From assembly GCA_011389855.1 (NCBI GenBank), contig JAABTM010000005.1, forward strand, positions 1 through 46,484: a stretch of 46,484 nucleotides of DNA, read 5' to 3'. Below, one piece after another: positions 37,122-46,484 of this stretch. Origin of the DNA: Desulfobacteraceae bacterium. GTDB lineage: Bacteria; Desulfobacterota; Desulfobacteria; Desulfobacterales; JAABSP01. The translations under genes were made by a program, and so were the position numbers. Position 1 is the stretch's first letter; each line of letters starts with the position of its first letter. The notes under the pieces were generated by a model. The model was not told the origin of the DNA. It did not search any database and saw only the letters and a list, made by a program, of their open reading frames with translations.

Positions 37122-39059
37122 ATGAACCAGGAGGAAACAAGACGCATCGACCGGATCACCGAAGCGGTCCATTATCTGCTGAAAGGGCAAGCCCCTCCCC
37201 CCATCCCCTGCGAAGATGATCCGAAGGACGAGATCCGGCAGTTGTCCGGCAAAGTGAACACCCTGATTCACCAGTTCGGGGAAATTCGGGAATTTCTCGA
37301 CCCGCTGTCCGAGGGGCGTCTGGACATCGCGCTTCCTAAAGCCAATTTTCTCGCGTCCCCCTTCAAGCAGCTCCATGCGGCCCTGAGCCACCTGACATGG
37401 CAGACCCAGCAGGTCGCCGAGGGCGATTTCGAACAGCGGGTCGATTTCATGGGGGATTTTTCAAGGGCATTCAATTCCATGGTAGACGCCCTTCGGGAAA
37501 GCAGAAGCCAATTGCTGGCCGAGGCGGAGCGCTATAAAAACCTGGCGGAGCTGAAAAACCATTACCTCAACGTCATGGCCCACGACATCCGCACCCCCAT
37601 CGGGGCGATTCTGGGATTCGCCGATATTCTCCTGGACGGAGAGGTGGCGGGCAAAACCCGACAACGCATCGAAATCATCCGGCGAAACTGCGCCAACCTC
37701 CTATCGTTGATCAACGACATCCTGGACATGGCCAAACTCGAAAAACAACGGATCGAAATCGCCTCGGTTCCTTTCAGCATCCGGTCCCTGGGAAACGATA
37801 TCGGCGAGTTAATCGAATCCCGGCTGGCCGGCGGGGTTCAGTTTAATTTTCAACCGGACGAGGCGATTCCAGAGTATATCCTCGGAGACCCCCATCGACT
37901 TCAGCAGGTGCTTCTCAATCTTGTGGGCAACGCCGCCAAGTTCACGCAGGGAGGCGCCATCGACTTGACAATTCGTTTCCAGGAATCCGACGACGCCGGC
38001 CCCCGCCTTGACTTTTCAGTGGCCGACACGGGCCCCGGCATCCCCGCCGATCAACTGTCCCGAATCTTCGACCCCTTTGTTCAAACCGAAAGCGGCGGCC
38101 GGGCCGGCGGGACGGGCCTGGGGCTCGCCATCGCCAGGGAACTGACAGCCCTCATGGGCGGCGACCTGACCGTCGACAGCCGGGTGGGCGGGGGGACGAC
38201 CTTCCGGTTCAGTTTGCCTTTTTCGCCGGTTCCGAAAACCGATGCGCCGGAGGACGCGGTTTACGACGGCGACGCCTGCCGCCTGACAGGATGCCATATC
38301 CTGGTGGTGGACGACAACCCCGACAGCTTGCAGATCATTTCCCGGCGATTGGAGCAGCAAAGGGCGTGCTATGCCCTATGCCAGAAAAGCACCGACGCCC
38401 TGGGCAAGCTCGCCGAGGCGTACGACAGGGGCGATCCCTTTACGCTGGCGTGGCTCGACATCGACATGCCTGGACTCAACGGGTTTGAACTGGCAAACCG
38501 CATCCGGAACGACCGGCGATTCGCACATCTTCGTCTGGCGGCATGCACCGCCTACATTGATCAAATGGATGCTCCTGAAAAAGCGGGCCTTTTTTCTTTC
38601 GTGACCACCAAGCCGGTGTCGGACAAAGCCCTCAAGAGAATCCTCTCCGAAGCCGACGGCGACTACGCGGCGGACAAAAGGCCGTGCGACCTAACGGGAC
38701 GGCGGGTCCTGGTGGTGGACGATAATTCCGTCAACCGGTTTCTGTTGAAGACCATGCTGCACAATCTCTCCGTGACGGTGGTCGAGGCCCAGGACGGAGC
38801 GGAAGGGCTGCGGAAGGTCGAAACCGAGACCTTCGATCTGGTGATCATGGACAAAATGATGCCGGTGATGGACGGGGTGGAAGCCATCCGGCGGATTCGT
38901 CGTCTTCCGGAAAGGGATCGGCTGCCGATTCTCGCCTTCACGGCGGATGAAAGAGCCGAGGAAAACCAGGAGATGCGCAGGGCCGGGGCGGATGCGGTGT
39001 TGCCCAAGACGCTGGATGCCGAAACCCTGGCCGAACAGCTTTGCAACCTGTTGACATAG
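37122..39059 (+). CDS. Soluble hybrid histidine kinase (HAMP-HisKA-HATPase-REC-REC)
   Basis: HAMP (VAEGDF..DF.RAFNSM), MAHDIRTP, NLVGNAAKFT, DTGPG, GTGLGL, two receivers (LDIDMP, MDKMMP). No TM segment. Confidence 0.92.
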   Translation: MNQEETRRIDRITEAVHYLLKGQAPPPIPCEDDPKDEIRQLSGKVNTLIHQFGEIREFLDPLSEGRLDIALPKANFLASPFKQLHAALSHLTWQTQQVAEGDFEQRVDFMGDFSRAFNSMVDALRESRSQLLAEAERYKNLAELKNHYLNVMAHDIRTPIGAILGFADILLDGEVAGKTRQRIEIIRRNCANLLSLINDILDMAKLEKQRIEIASVPFSIRSLGNDIGELIESRLAGGVQFNFQPDEAIPEYILGDPHRLQQVLLNLVGNAAKFTQGGAIDLTIRFQESDDAGPRLDFSVADTGPGIPADQLSRIFDPFVQTESGGRAGGTGLGLAIARELTALMGGDLTVDSRVGGGTTFRFSLPFSPVPKTDAPEDAVYDGDACRLTGCHILVVDDNPDSLQIISRRLEQQRACYALCQKSTDALGKLAEAYDRGDPFTLAWLDIDMPGLNGFELANRIRNDRRFAHLRLAACTAYIDQMDAPEKAGLFSFVTTKPVSDKALKRILSEADGDYAADKRPCDLTGRRVLVVDDNSVNRFLLKTMLHNLSVTVVEAQDGAEGLRKVETETFDLVIMDKMMPVMDGVEAIRRIRRLPERDRLPILAFTADERAEENQEMRRAGADAVLPKTLDAETLAEQLCNLLT

Positions 39060-39069
39060 GAGAGGGATC

Positions 39070-39606
39070 ATGTTCAAGGAACCAAGAGAGGCGTTGGGGT
39101 TTTCATGGGATCAACTGGGCGATATCGCCATAGGGCGTCCCCATCTGGGCGACGCCACGTCGGCGACCATCTACCGGCTCATGCAATACACGCTCCGGGA
39201 CGTCCTCATCCGGCGATTGGGCCCAAAGGCGGCCGGCGACATTTTTTACGAAGCCGGCAAGCGGGCCGGAGAGGAGTTCTGCAAGCATCTGCTGGATCCG
39301 AAGCTGGAATTCAACGCCTTTATCGCACAGCTCCAGGAGCGTCTCAAGGAAAACGGGGTCGGCATTTTCCGCGTGGAAGAAGCGTCCCTGGAAGACCTGA
39401 CCCTTCAAATCACCGTGGCCGAAGACCTCGACTGCTCGGGGCTTCCGGTCAGCGACGAGATGGTCTGCGACTACGACGAAGGGTTCATCGCCGGCATCCT
39501 GGAAACTTATACCGGCGAGCCCATCCGGGCCAAAGAGATCGACTGCTGGGCCAGCGGCGCCCGGATCTGCCGGTTCAGGGCGGTTCGGGATGAAAAAAAA
39601 GATTGA
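39070..39606 (+). CDS. V4R domain protein
   Basis: EDLDCSG..CDYDEGFIAGIL..EIDCWASGA..CRF pattern of V4R proteins. Confidence 0.88.
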   Translation: MFKEPREALGFSWDQLGDIAIGRPHLGDATSATIYRLMQYTLRDVLIRRLGPKAAGDIFYEAGKRAGEEFCKHLLDPKLEFNAFIAQLQERLKENGVGIFRVEEASLEDLTLQITVAEDLDCSGLPVSDEMVCDYDEGFIAGILETYTGEPIRAKEIDCWASGARICRFRAVRDEKKD

Positions 39607-39628
39607 CAATCGAAGCTCTCCCCTGTTA

Positions 39629-39697
39629 CTTAGGTTCTAAAGTGTAATCTTAGTTTCTAAAATGTAACCTTTTGGAATTATATCTTTTGGAATTATA
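39629..39697 (+). repeat. Two adjacent tandem direct repeats upstream of the ilv leader
   Basis: cttaggttctaaagtgtaat/cttagtttctaaaatgtaac (20-nt period, 17/20 identical), then cttttggaattata twice (39669-39682, 39684-39697). Confidence 0.7.
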
Positions 39698-39784
39698 ATG
39701 ATCAGTTTCGCATCCATTATCAGCCTTATTCTTCTTATTATTGTCGTCGGAATTCTTCTCCTTCCGGCGGAAGGGGGTTGGTAA
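39698..39784 (+). CDS. ilv operon leader peptide (28 aa)
   Basis: MISFASIISLILLIIVVGILLLPAEGGW*: 7 Ile, 6 Leu, 2 Val, upstream of ilvD. Confidence 0.85.
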   Translation: MISFASIISLILLIIVVGILLLPAEGGW

Positions 39785-39865
39785 TGGCCTAAGCACACCG
39801 TTTATACAGGCGACGCAAAATCCGTTATCAGCCCCCGAAAAAAGGGCTGGCAACGGATTTTTTTT
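39773..39865 (+). terminator. Attenuator antiterminator/terminator of the ilv operon
   Basis: Terminator aaaatccgttatcagccc/gggctggcaacggatttt plus T-run (39817-39865). Alternative 15-bp helix (3 G-U) pairs 39773-39787 with 39822-39836. Confidence 0.85.
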
Positions 39866-39979
39866 TGACCCGGACAACCAGGATTCGCCGAGGATGGCCA
39901 TGATGACGGCCAATCCTCCCGGCATCCTGATTAAATATTATGATTATCCAGATTCACACGGATTGAGGAGCCTGCAGCA

Positions 39980-41680
39980 ATGAAGAGCGACAACGTAAAG
40001 CAGGGAATCGAACGGGCCCCCCACCGGGCGCTGTTCAAGGCCATGGGGTACACGGACGGCGAGATCGGCCGGCCGCTCATCGGCATCGCCAATTCGGCCA
40101 ACGCCATTATTCCGGGCCACGTCCACCTCGACAAGATCGTCGAGTCGGTCAAGGCGGGGGTCTATATGGCCGGCGGCACGCCGGTGGAATTCGGCGTCAT
40201 CGGGGTCTGCGACGGCATCGCCATGGGCCACGCCGGTATGAAGTACTCGCTTGCCAGCCGGGAACTCATCGCCGATTCCATCGAGATCATGGCTGCGGCC
40301 CACGCCTTCGACGCCCTGGTCCTGGTCCCCAACTGCGACAAGATCGTGCCCGGCATGCTCATGGCCGCGGCCCGCCTCGACATCCCGGCCGTAGTGGTCA
40401 GCGGCGGCCCCATGCTGGCGGGCAACCATCCCACGAAAGGCGCGTCGGAGAAGATCGATCTGATCACCGTCTTCGAGAGCGTGGGCGCGGTCCGGGCCGG
40501 GAAGATGACCGAAGACGAGTTGTCGGCCATCGAAGACGCCGCCTGCCCAACCTGCGGCTCCTGCGCGGGGATGTTCACGGCCAATTCCATGAACTGTCTC
40601 ACCGAGGCTATCGGCCTGGGACTGCCGGGCAACGGCACGGCGCCGGCGGTCATGGCGGCCCGGCTGCGACTGGCCAAGGTCGCGGGCCAGAAGGTGCTGG
40701 AGATGCTGGAAAAGGGGTTGACCCCCCGGAAAATCATGAGCCCGGAAGCCTTTGAAAACGCCCTGACCGTTGACATGGCCCTGGGCTGTTCCACCAACAC
40801 CGTGCTCCACCTGACCGCCATCGCCGATGAAGCCGGGGTCCCCATGGACCTCGACTGGATCAACGAGATCAGCCGGAAAACCCCCCATCTCTGTTCTCTG
40901 AGCCCCGGCGGCGCCCATCACATCGAGGATCTGGACCGGGCCGGCGGCATCCAGGCCGTGATCAAGACCCTGGCGGACGCGGGCCGGATCAATCCCGAAT
41001 GCATGACCGTCACCGGCCGGACCGTGGGCGAGAACATCGGCCCCATCGAAGTCCTCGACCGGGAGGTCATCCGGTCCCTGGACAATCCCTACCACGACCA
41101 GGGCGGCCTGGCGGTGCTCTTCGGCAACCTGGCGCCGGAGGGCTGCGTGGTGAAGCAGTCGGCGGTGCGCGACGAGATGCTGCGCCACGAAGGCCCGGCC
41201 CGGGTCTTCGACTCCGAGGAAGCCGCTTCCGAGGCCATCATGGCCGGGAAGATCCAAAAAGGGGACGTGGTGGTGATCCGGTACGAAGGCCCCATGGGCG
41301 GCCCCGGCATGCGGGAGATGCTCGCCCCCACCTCGGCCATCGCCGGCATGGGGCTGGACGCCCACGTGGCCCTCATCACCGACGGCCGGTTCTCCGGCGG
41401 GACCCGGGGCGCGGCCATCGGCCACGTCTCCCCCGAGGCGGCCCAGGGCGGCCCCATCGCGGCGGTTCGGGAGGGGGATCTCATCGCCGTGGACATTCCC
41501 GGAAAAGCGCTTACCTTGAAGGCGCCCGAAGACGAAATCAACGAACGGATGGCCGGCTGGACCCAGCCTGAACCCGCAGCGCGGGGCGCTATCTCCCACG
41601 GCTACATGGCCCGCTACGCCCGGATGGTGTCGTCCGCCAGCCGGGGCGCCGTTTGCCGGGATTGGAAAAAGGAGGCATGA
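39980..41680 (+). CDS. ilvD: Dihydroxy-acid dehydratase
   Basis: [59 protein letters not shown]. Confidence 0.98.
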   Translation: MKSDNVKQGIERAPHRALFKAMGYTDGEIGRPLIGIANSANAIIPGHVHLDKIVESVKAGVYMAGGTPVEFGVIGVCDGIAMGHAGMKYSLASRELIADSIEIMAAAHAFDALVLVPNCDKIVPGMLMAAARLDIPAVVVSGGPMLAGNHPTKGASEKIDLITVFESVGAVRAGKMTEDELSAIEDAACPTCGSCAGMFTANSMNCLTEAIGLGLPGNGTAPAVMAARLRLAKVAGQKVLEMLEKGLTPRKIMSPEAFENALTVDMALGCSTNTVLHLTAIADEAGVPMDLDWINEISRKTPHLCSLSPGGAHHIEDLDRAGGIQAVIKTLADAGRINPECMTVTGRTVGENIGPIEVLDREVIRSLDNPYHDQGGLAVLFGNLAPEGCVVKQSAVRDEMLRHEGPARVFDSEEAASEAIMAGKIQKGDVVVIRYEGPMGGPGMREMLAPTSAIAGMGLDAHVALITDGRFSGGTRGAAIGHVSPEAAQGGPIAAVREGDLIAVDIPGKALTLKAPEDEINERMAGWTQPEPAARGAISHGYMARYARMVSSASRGAVCRDWKKEA

Positions 41681-41681
41681 C

Positions 41682-43373
41682 ATGAAATTATCCGGCGCGC
41701 AAATCTTGATGAAGACCCTCCGGGAAGAGGGAGTGGACACCATTTTCGGCTATCCCGGCGGCGCGGTCATCGACATCTACGACGAACTGGTCAAGACCGA
41801 CATCCGCCACGTGCTGGTGCGCCACGAGCAGGGCGCGGTCCATGCCGCGGACGGCTACGCCCGGGCCGCCGGCAAGGTGGGCGTCTGCCTGGTCACCTCG
41901 GGCCCCGGCGCCACCAACACCGTGACCGGCATCGCCTCGGCCTACATGGACTCCATCCCCCTGGTGGTCATCACCGGCCAGGTGCCCCGGGGCCTCATCG
42001 GAAACGACGCCTTCCAGGAGGTCGACATCGTGGGCATCACCCGGCCCTGCACCAAACACAACTACCTGGTGGAATCCACCGACAGCCTGGCCCGGGTGAT
42101 AAAAGAAGCCTTCTACATCGCCCGGTCCGGCCGGCCGGGGCCCGTCCTCATCGACATTCCCAAGGACGTGGCCAACACAACGGTCGATTACAAGGAACCC
42201 GGCGACGTCAAGATGCGGTCCTACAATCCCACCATCAACCCCAACAAGCGGCAGCTCCAGAAGGTGGTCAAGCTCGTCGAAAAGGCCCGGCGGCCCGTGA
42301 TCTTCGCCGGCGGGGGGATCATTCTCTCCAAGTCCTCCGAAGAACTGACGCGGTTCGCCCGACAGGCCCAAATCCCCGTGACCACGTCGCTCATGGGGCT
42401 GGGCGCGTTTCCGGGTTCCGATCCGTTCTGGCTGGGGATGATCGGCATGCACGGCACCTACCGGGCCAACATGTGCACCAGCGAATGCGATCTGCTCATC
42501 GCCATCGGGGTCCGGTTCGACGACCGGGTCACCGGCAAGACCGACGCCTTCGCGGCCCAGGCCGAGATCGTCCACATCGACATCGACCCCACGTCCATCC
42601 GGAAGAACATCCCGGTGACCGTGCCGGTGGTGGGGGACTGCCATGCGGCCCTGACGACCCTCAACGGGATGCTGGACGAAGCCGACCTGACCGACATCGC
42701 CGGAAAGCGGGAACAGTGGTTCGCCCGCATCGGGGAATGGAAGAACCTGAGCCGCCTCGCCTACGTCCAGGGCGAGACCATCAAGCCCCAGTATGTGGTC
42801 GAAAAGCTTTACGAACTGACCGGCGGCGACGCCATCATCACCACCGAGGTGGGGCAGAACCAGATGTGGGCGGCCCAGTTCTACCATTTCAACCGGCCCA
42901 ACCATTTCATCACCTCCGGCGGCCTGGGCGTGATGGGATTCGGCCTGCCGGCGGCCATAGGCGCCCAGATCGCCCAGCCGGACCGGCTGGTGGTGGACAT
43001 CGCCGGCGACGGCTCCATCCAGATGAACATCCAGGAGATGGCCACGGCGGTCCAGTGCCGCCTGCCCGTGAAGGTGGTGATCCTCAACAACGGGTACCTG
43101 GGCATGGTGCGACAGTGGCAGGAGCTGTTCTACGACAAGCGGTACGCCTGCACCTGCATGGACCACGCCCCGGACTTCGTCAAACTGGCCGAGGCCTTCG
43201 GGGCCGTGGGGCTCCGGGCCACGACGGTCGACGAGGTGGAGACGGTCCTCAAAAAAGGGCTCTCCAATTACAAGGACCGACCGGTGATCATGGACTTCGT
43301 GGTGGACAAGGAGGAAAGCGTCTACCCGATGGTGCCCGCGGGCGCGCCCATCACCGAAATGCTGCTGGTTTAG
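41682..43373 (+). CDS. ilvB: Acetolactate synthase large subunit
   Basis: FGYPGG, RHEQGA, TSGPGATN, RFDDRVTG, GDGSIQMN..NNGYLGMVRQWQ. Confidence 0.98.
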   Translation: MKLSGAQILMKTLREEGVDTIFGYPGGAVIDIYDELVKTDIRHVLVRHEQGAVHAADGYARAAGKVGVCLVTSGPGATNTVTGIASAYMDSIPLVVITGQVPRGLIGNDAFQEVDIVGITRPCTKHNYLVESTDSLARVIKEAFYIARSGRPGPVLIDIPKDVANTTVDYKEPGDVKMRSYNPTINPNKRQLQKVVKLVEKARRPVIFAGGGIILSKSSEELTRFARQAQIPVTTSLMGLGAFPGSDPFWLGMIGMHGTYRANMCTSECDLLIAIGVRFDDRVTGKTDAFAAQAEIVHIDIDPTSIRKNIPVTVPVVGDCHAALTTLNGMLDEADLTDIAGKREQWFARIGEWKNLSRLAYVQGETIKPQYVVEKLYELTGGDAIITTEVGQNQMWAAQFYHFNRPNHFITSGGLGVMGFGLPAAIGAQIAQPDRLVVDIAGDGSIQMNIQEMATAVQCRLPVKVVILNNGYLGMVRQWQELFYDKRYACTCMDHAPDFVKLAEAFGAVGLRATTVDEVETVLKKGLSNYKDRPVIMDFVVDKEESVYPMVPAGAPITEMLLV

Positions 43374-43388
43374 GGAAGGGAGGCGATC

Positions 43389-43877
43389 ATGGCGGAAGAA
43401 AAACATGTACTCTCCATTCTGGTGGACAACAAGCCGGGGGTCCTGTCCCGCATCGCGGGCCTTTTTTCCGGCCGGGGCTACAACATCGACAGCCTCTGCG
43501 TCGCGGAAACCATGGAGGAAGGCGTCTCCCGGATCACCCTGGTCACCCAGGCCAACCTGCCCCTGGTGGAGCAGATCAAAAAGCAGCTCAACAAGCTCAT
43601 CAACGTCATCAAGGTCTTCGACATGACGGAGACAGAGTACGTCCAGCGCGAACTGGCCATGATCAAGGTGACGGCCAAGCCGGAAAACCGGGCCGAAATC
43701 CTGCGCATCGTGGACATCTTCCGGTGCAAGGTCGTGGACGTGGGCGCCGAGCACTACACCATCGAGGTGACCGGCGACGAAGGCAAACTGGCGGCCATCC
43801 GCAGCCTGCTGAGGCCCATGGGCATCAAGGAAATCGCCCGGACGGGGATGATTGCGTTGTTCAGAGACGTGAAGTGA
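43389..43877 (+). CDS. ilvN: Acetolactate synthase small regulatory subunit
   Basis: NKPGVLSRIAGLFSGRGYNIDSL, QLNKLINV, EIARTG. Confidence 0.97.
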   Translation: MAEEKHVLSILVDNKPGVLSRIAGLFSGRGYNIDSLCVAETMEEGVSRITLVTQANLPLVEQIKKQLNKLINVIKVFDMTETEYVQRELAMIKVTAKPENRAEILRIVDIFRCKVVDVGAEHYTIEVTGDEGKLAAIRSLLRPMGIKEIARTGMIALFRDVK

Positions 43878-43895
43878 CAAAAGGAGGTACGCTCA

Positions 43896-44267
43896 ATGAT
43901 GGCCCAACTGGATAGAGAAGACGCCGTAACCCGAACCGAGCGCGGATTGTCCGTCGCCGGCACCCGGATTACGCTTTACAACATCATGGACTGCCTGAAA
44001 GCCGGCTGGCCGCCCGAGCTGATCCAGGCCCGATACGACCTGACGGACGACCAACTGGATGGCGTTCTGACCTATATCGAATCCTACCAGGACGCGGTTG
44101 AAGCCGAATACAACGCCGTGGTCGAACGAGCGGAGGAAATCAGAAAATACTGGGAAGAAATGAATCGGCGGCGGTTTGCGGAAATTGAATCAAAGCGCCC
44201 ACGACCAGGCCGGGAAAAAATTCACGGAAGGCTCAACGCCTGGAAAGAGCGGCTCGCCCCGACATGA
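43896..44267 (+). CDS. DUF433 family putative antitoxin
   Basis: GLSVAGTRITLY.I...L..GW..E.I...Y.LT..Q....L.Y pattern; AGGAGG SD. Confidence 0.82.
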   Translation: MMAQLDREDAVTRTERGLSVAGTRITLYNIMDCLKAGWPPELIQARYDLTDDQLDGVLTYIESYQDAVEAEYNAVVERAEEIRKYWEEMNRRRFAEIESKRPRPGREKIHGRLNAWKERLAPT

Positions 44268-44659
44268 TCACTGTGCTGGCGGACCGGAATATCGAGGGGC
44301 AATCTCTGGTGTTATGGGGGATCCTCGCGAAAGAAGGTTGGCTGGACATGATTCCGGCCCGGTTGGCGATGTTCAAAGACGTGGGGCTGCCCTTCACGGC
44401 CAGCGACGCGGAACTCTGGCGTTTCGCTCAAGCCGGTCGGATGATCATTCTCACGGACAACCGGAACATGGCGGGGGAGGATTCCCTGGAGCAGGTGATT
44501 CGTGAACGCAACACCGCCGACTCCATGCCGGTTCTGACCATCGGAAAGGCGACCCGATTGGATGAAAAAGACTACCGAGAGCGCTGTGCGTATCGATTGA
44601 TCGACATTATGGCGGATCTGGAAGATTATTTGGGCTCGGGGCGCATTTTCATCCCTTAA
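44264..44659 (+). CDS. PIN-like (DUF5615/VapC45-type) putative toxin
   Basis: VLADRNI, ASDAELW..A....IILTDN pattern; ATGA-coupled to the DUF433 gene. Confidence 0.75.
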   Translation: MITVLADRNIEGQSLVLWGILAKEGWLDMIPARLAMFKDVGLPFTASDAELWRFAQAGRMIILTDNRNMAGEDSLEQVIRERNTADSMPVLTIGKATRLDEKDYRERCAYRLIDIMADLEDYLGSGRIFIP

Positions 44660-44696
44660 CGTATAGAAGAAAACATTATCTTAAGAGGAGACTTCA

Positions 44697-45746
44697 ATGG
44701 CGGAAATCGATTTTGGCGGCACGACGGAAGAGGTGATTACCTCGGATGAATTCACGCTGGACAAGGCCCGGGAGGTGCTGAAGGACGAGACCGTGGCGAT
44801 CCTGGGATACGGCGTCCAGGGGCCGGGGCAGGCCCTCAACCTGCGGGACAACGGCATCGGCGTCATCGTGGGGCAGCGGGAAGGCGGGGCATCCTGGGAC
44901 CGGGCCGTCACGGACGGGTTCGTCCCCGGCAAGACCCTCTTGCCGGTCGAGGAAGCGGCCCAGAGGGCAACCGTCCTCCAGTACCTGCTCTCCGACGCCG
45001 GCCAGGTGGCCATGTGGCCCAAGGTCAAGGCGTGTCTCAACGAGGGGGACGCCCTTTATTTTTCCCACGGCTTCGGCATCGTCTACCGCGAACAGACCGA
45101 TATCGTGCCGCCGGAGAACGTGGACGTCATTCTGGTGGCGCCCAAAGGCTCCGGGCGCACCGTCCGAACCAACTTCCTGGACGGCTCGGGCATCAACTCC
45201 AGCTTCGCCATCCATCAGGATTTCACGGGTCGGGCCCGGGAGCGGACCCTGGCCCTGGGCATCGCCATCGGCTCCGGGTATCTTTTCCCCACCACCTTCG
45301 AGAAAGAGGTGTTCAGCGACCTCACCGGCGAACGGGGCGTGCTCATGGGATGCTTGGCCGGCGCCATGGAGGCCCAGTACAACGTCCTCCGGAAAAACGG
45401 CCACAGCCCCAGCGAGGCCTTCAACGAGACCGTCGAGGAACTGACCCAGAGCCTCATCCGGCTGGTGGCCGAAAACGGCATGGACTGGATGTTCGGCAAC
45501 TGCTCCACCACGGCCCAGCGGGGCGCGCTGGACTGGTCCCCCAAGTTCCGGGACGCCGTGGCGCCAGTCTTCGAGGATCTTTACAATAGTGTCAAAACCG
45601 GTAAGGAAACGGCCCGGGTGCTCGACGTCAACAGCGCCCCCGACTACCGGGAGAAGCTCCAGAAGGAACTCGACGAGATCAAAAATTCCGAAATGTGGAA
45701 GGCCGGCGCCGCCGTACGGGCGCTCAGACCCGAAAACCGACGGTAG
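44697..45746 (+). CDS. ilvC: Ketol-acid reductoisomerase
   Basis: GYGVQG, LLSDAGQ, FSHGF, VAPKGSG, SDLTGERGVLMG, EAFNETVEE, CSTTAQRG. Confidence 0.97.
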   Translation: MAEIDFGGTTEEVITSDEFTLDKAREVLKDETVAILGYGVQGPGQALNLRDNGIGVIVGQREGGASWDRAVTDGFVPGKTLLPVEEAAQRATVLQYLLSDAGQVAMWPKVKACLNEGDALYFSHGFGIVYREQTDIVPPENVDVILVAPKGSGRTVRTNFLDGSGINSSFAIHQDFTGRARERTLALGIAIGSGYLFPTTFEKEVFSDLTGERGVLMGCLAGAMEAQYNVLRKNGHSPSEAFNETVEELTQSLIRLVAENGMDWMFGNCSTTAQRGALDWSPKFRDAVAPVFEDLYNSVKTGKETARVLDVNSAPDYREKLQKELDEIKNSEMWKAGAAVRALRPENRR

Positions 45747-45774
45747 TCACATAACGATAAGGAGGGACAACACA

Positions 45775-46484
45775 ATGGAACCGGTTTTACTTTACGACAC
45801 CACCTTGAGAGACGGCACCCAGGGCGAAAACATCAACTTCTCGGCCGAGGAAAAGATCAAGATCGCCCGGCGTCTGGACGACTTCGGAATCCATTACATC
45901 GAAGGCGGGTGGCCCGGTTCCAACCCCAGGGACAAGCGGTTCTTCGAGCTGGCGGCGGACGTCGAGTTCAAGAACGCCCGCCTGACCGCCTTCGGCGCCA
46001 CGCGACGGCCCGGCATCGCGCCAGAAGAGGACCCCAATCTGGCGGCCCTCCTAGAGAGCAGCACCCCGGCGGTGGCGGTGTTCGGGAAAACCTGGGACCT
46101 CCACGTCCGGATCATGAAAAACACCCTCGAAGAGAACCTGGCCATGATCGGCGACACCGTGGCCTATCTGAAAGACAGAGGGCGCGAGGTCATTTACGAC
46201 GCCGAGCATTTCTTCGACGGGTACAATGACAATCCGACCTACGCGCTGTCCACCCTGAAATCGGCGCTGGAAAACGGCGCCGATTTCATCGTGCTGTGCG
46301 ACACCAACGGCGGGACCCTGCCTTTCGATCTCCAGCGGATCATCGGGGACGTTCGGGCCGCCCTCGCCGACCGGTTCGGCGAGGACCGCGTCCGGCTGGG
46401 GATCCATACCCACAACGACAGCGGCATGGCCGTGGCCAACACGGTCATCGCTGTCGAGGCCGGGGCGGTCATGGTTCAGGGAAC
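45775..46484 (+). CDS. cimA: Citramalate synthase (3' end outside the window)
   Basis: ATG 45775 with AGGAGG SD. MEPVLLYDTTLRDGTQGE, IEGGWPGSNP, FGKTWDLHV, YDAEHFFDG, LCDTNGG, GIHTHND. The frame stays open to the window end. Confidence 0.9.
   Translation, partial: MEPVLLYDTTLRDGTQGENINFSAEEKIKIARRLDDFGIHYIEGGWPGSNPRDKRFFELAADVEFKNARLTAFGATRRPGIAPEEDPNLAALLESSTPAVAVFGKTWDLHVRIMKNTLEENLAMIGDTVAYLKDRGREVIYDAEHFFDGYNDNPTYALSTLKSALENGADFIVLCDTNGGTLPFDLQRIIGDVRAALADRFGEDRVRLGIHTHNDSGMAVANTVIAVEAGAVMVQG

Noticed and set aside
35001-37391. 796-aa minus-strand ORF, and similar long ORFs opposite ligA, pfp, ilvD and ilvB
   Set aside because: Antisense shadows of well-supported genes.
39629-39697. Possible mini-CRISPR
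   Set aside because: The repeats are adjacent without spacers, there are only two copies of each, and no cas genes are present.

Overview
GC-rich bacterial chromosome segment. Gene content suggests a sulfate-reducing deltaproteobacterium (Desulfobacterales-like; inferred, not verified). The housekeeping backbone is: nucleoside phosphorylase-ligA-acylphosphatase, hup-ftsY-smc, a polar amino acid ABC operon, PPi-dependent PFK, glnD, two signalling pairs (PAS kinase + REC/HD-GYP; hybrid kinase + V4R) and an attenuator-controlled ilvD-ilvB-ilvN-ilvC-cimA operon. Accessory material includes a multidomain papain/LRR/hydrolase-like lipoprotein, an orphan P-loop ATPase-PD-(D/E)xK nuclease, a DUF433/PIN toxin-antitoxin pair inside the ilv operon, and an AT-richer island (~22.9-29.9 kb). 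The island carries SH3-TPR, M48 peptidase and TPR genes divergent from a sigma-like gene and its uncharacterised partner. Several features are not in the ORF track: a start-less CxxC..CxxC zinc-ribbon frame ahead of the ABC operon (possibly reached by +1 frameshifting), a 28-aa Ile/Leu/Val leader peptide with antiterminator and terminator, a GTAG-REP palindrome translated inside the SMC hinge, and a partial cimA gene at the right edge.
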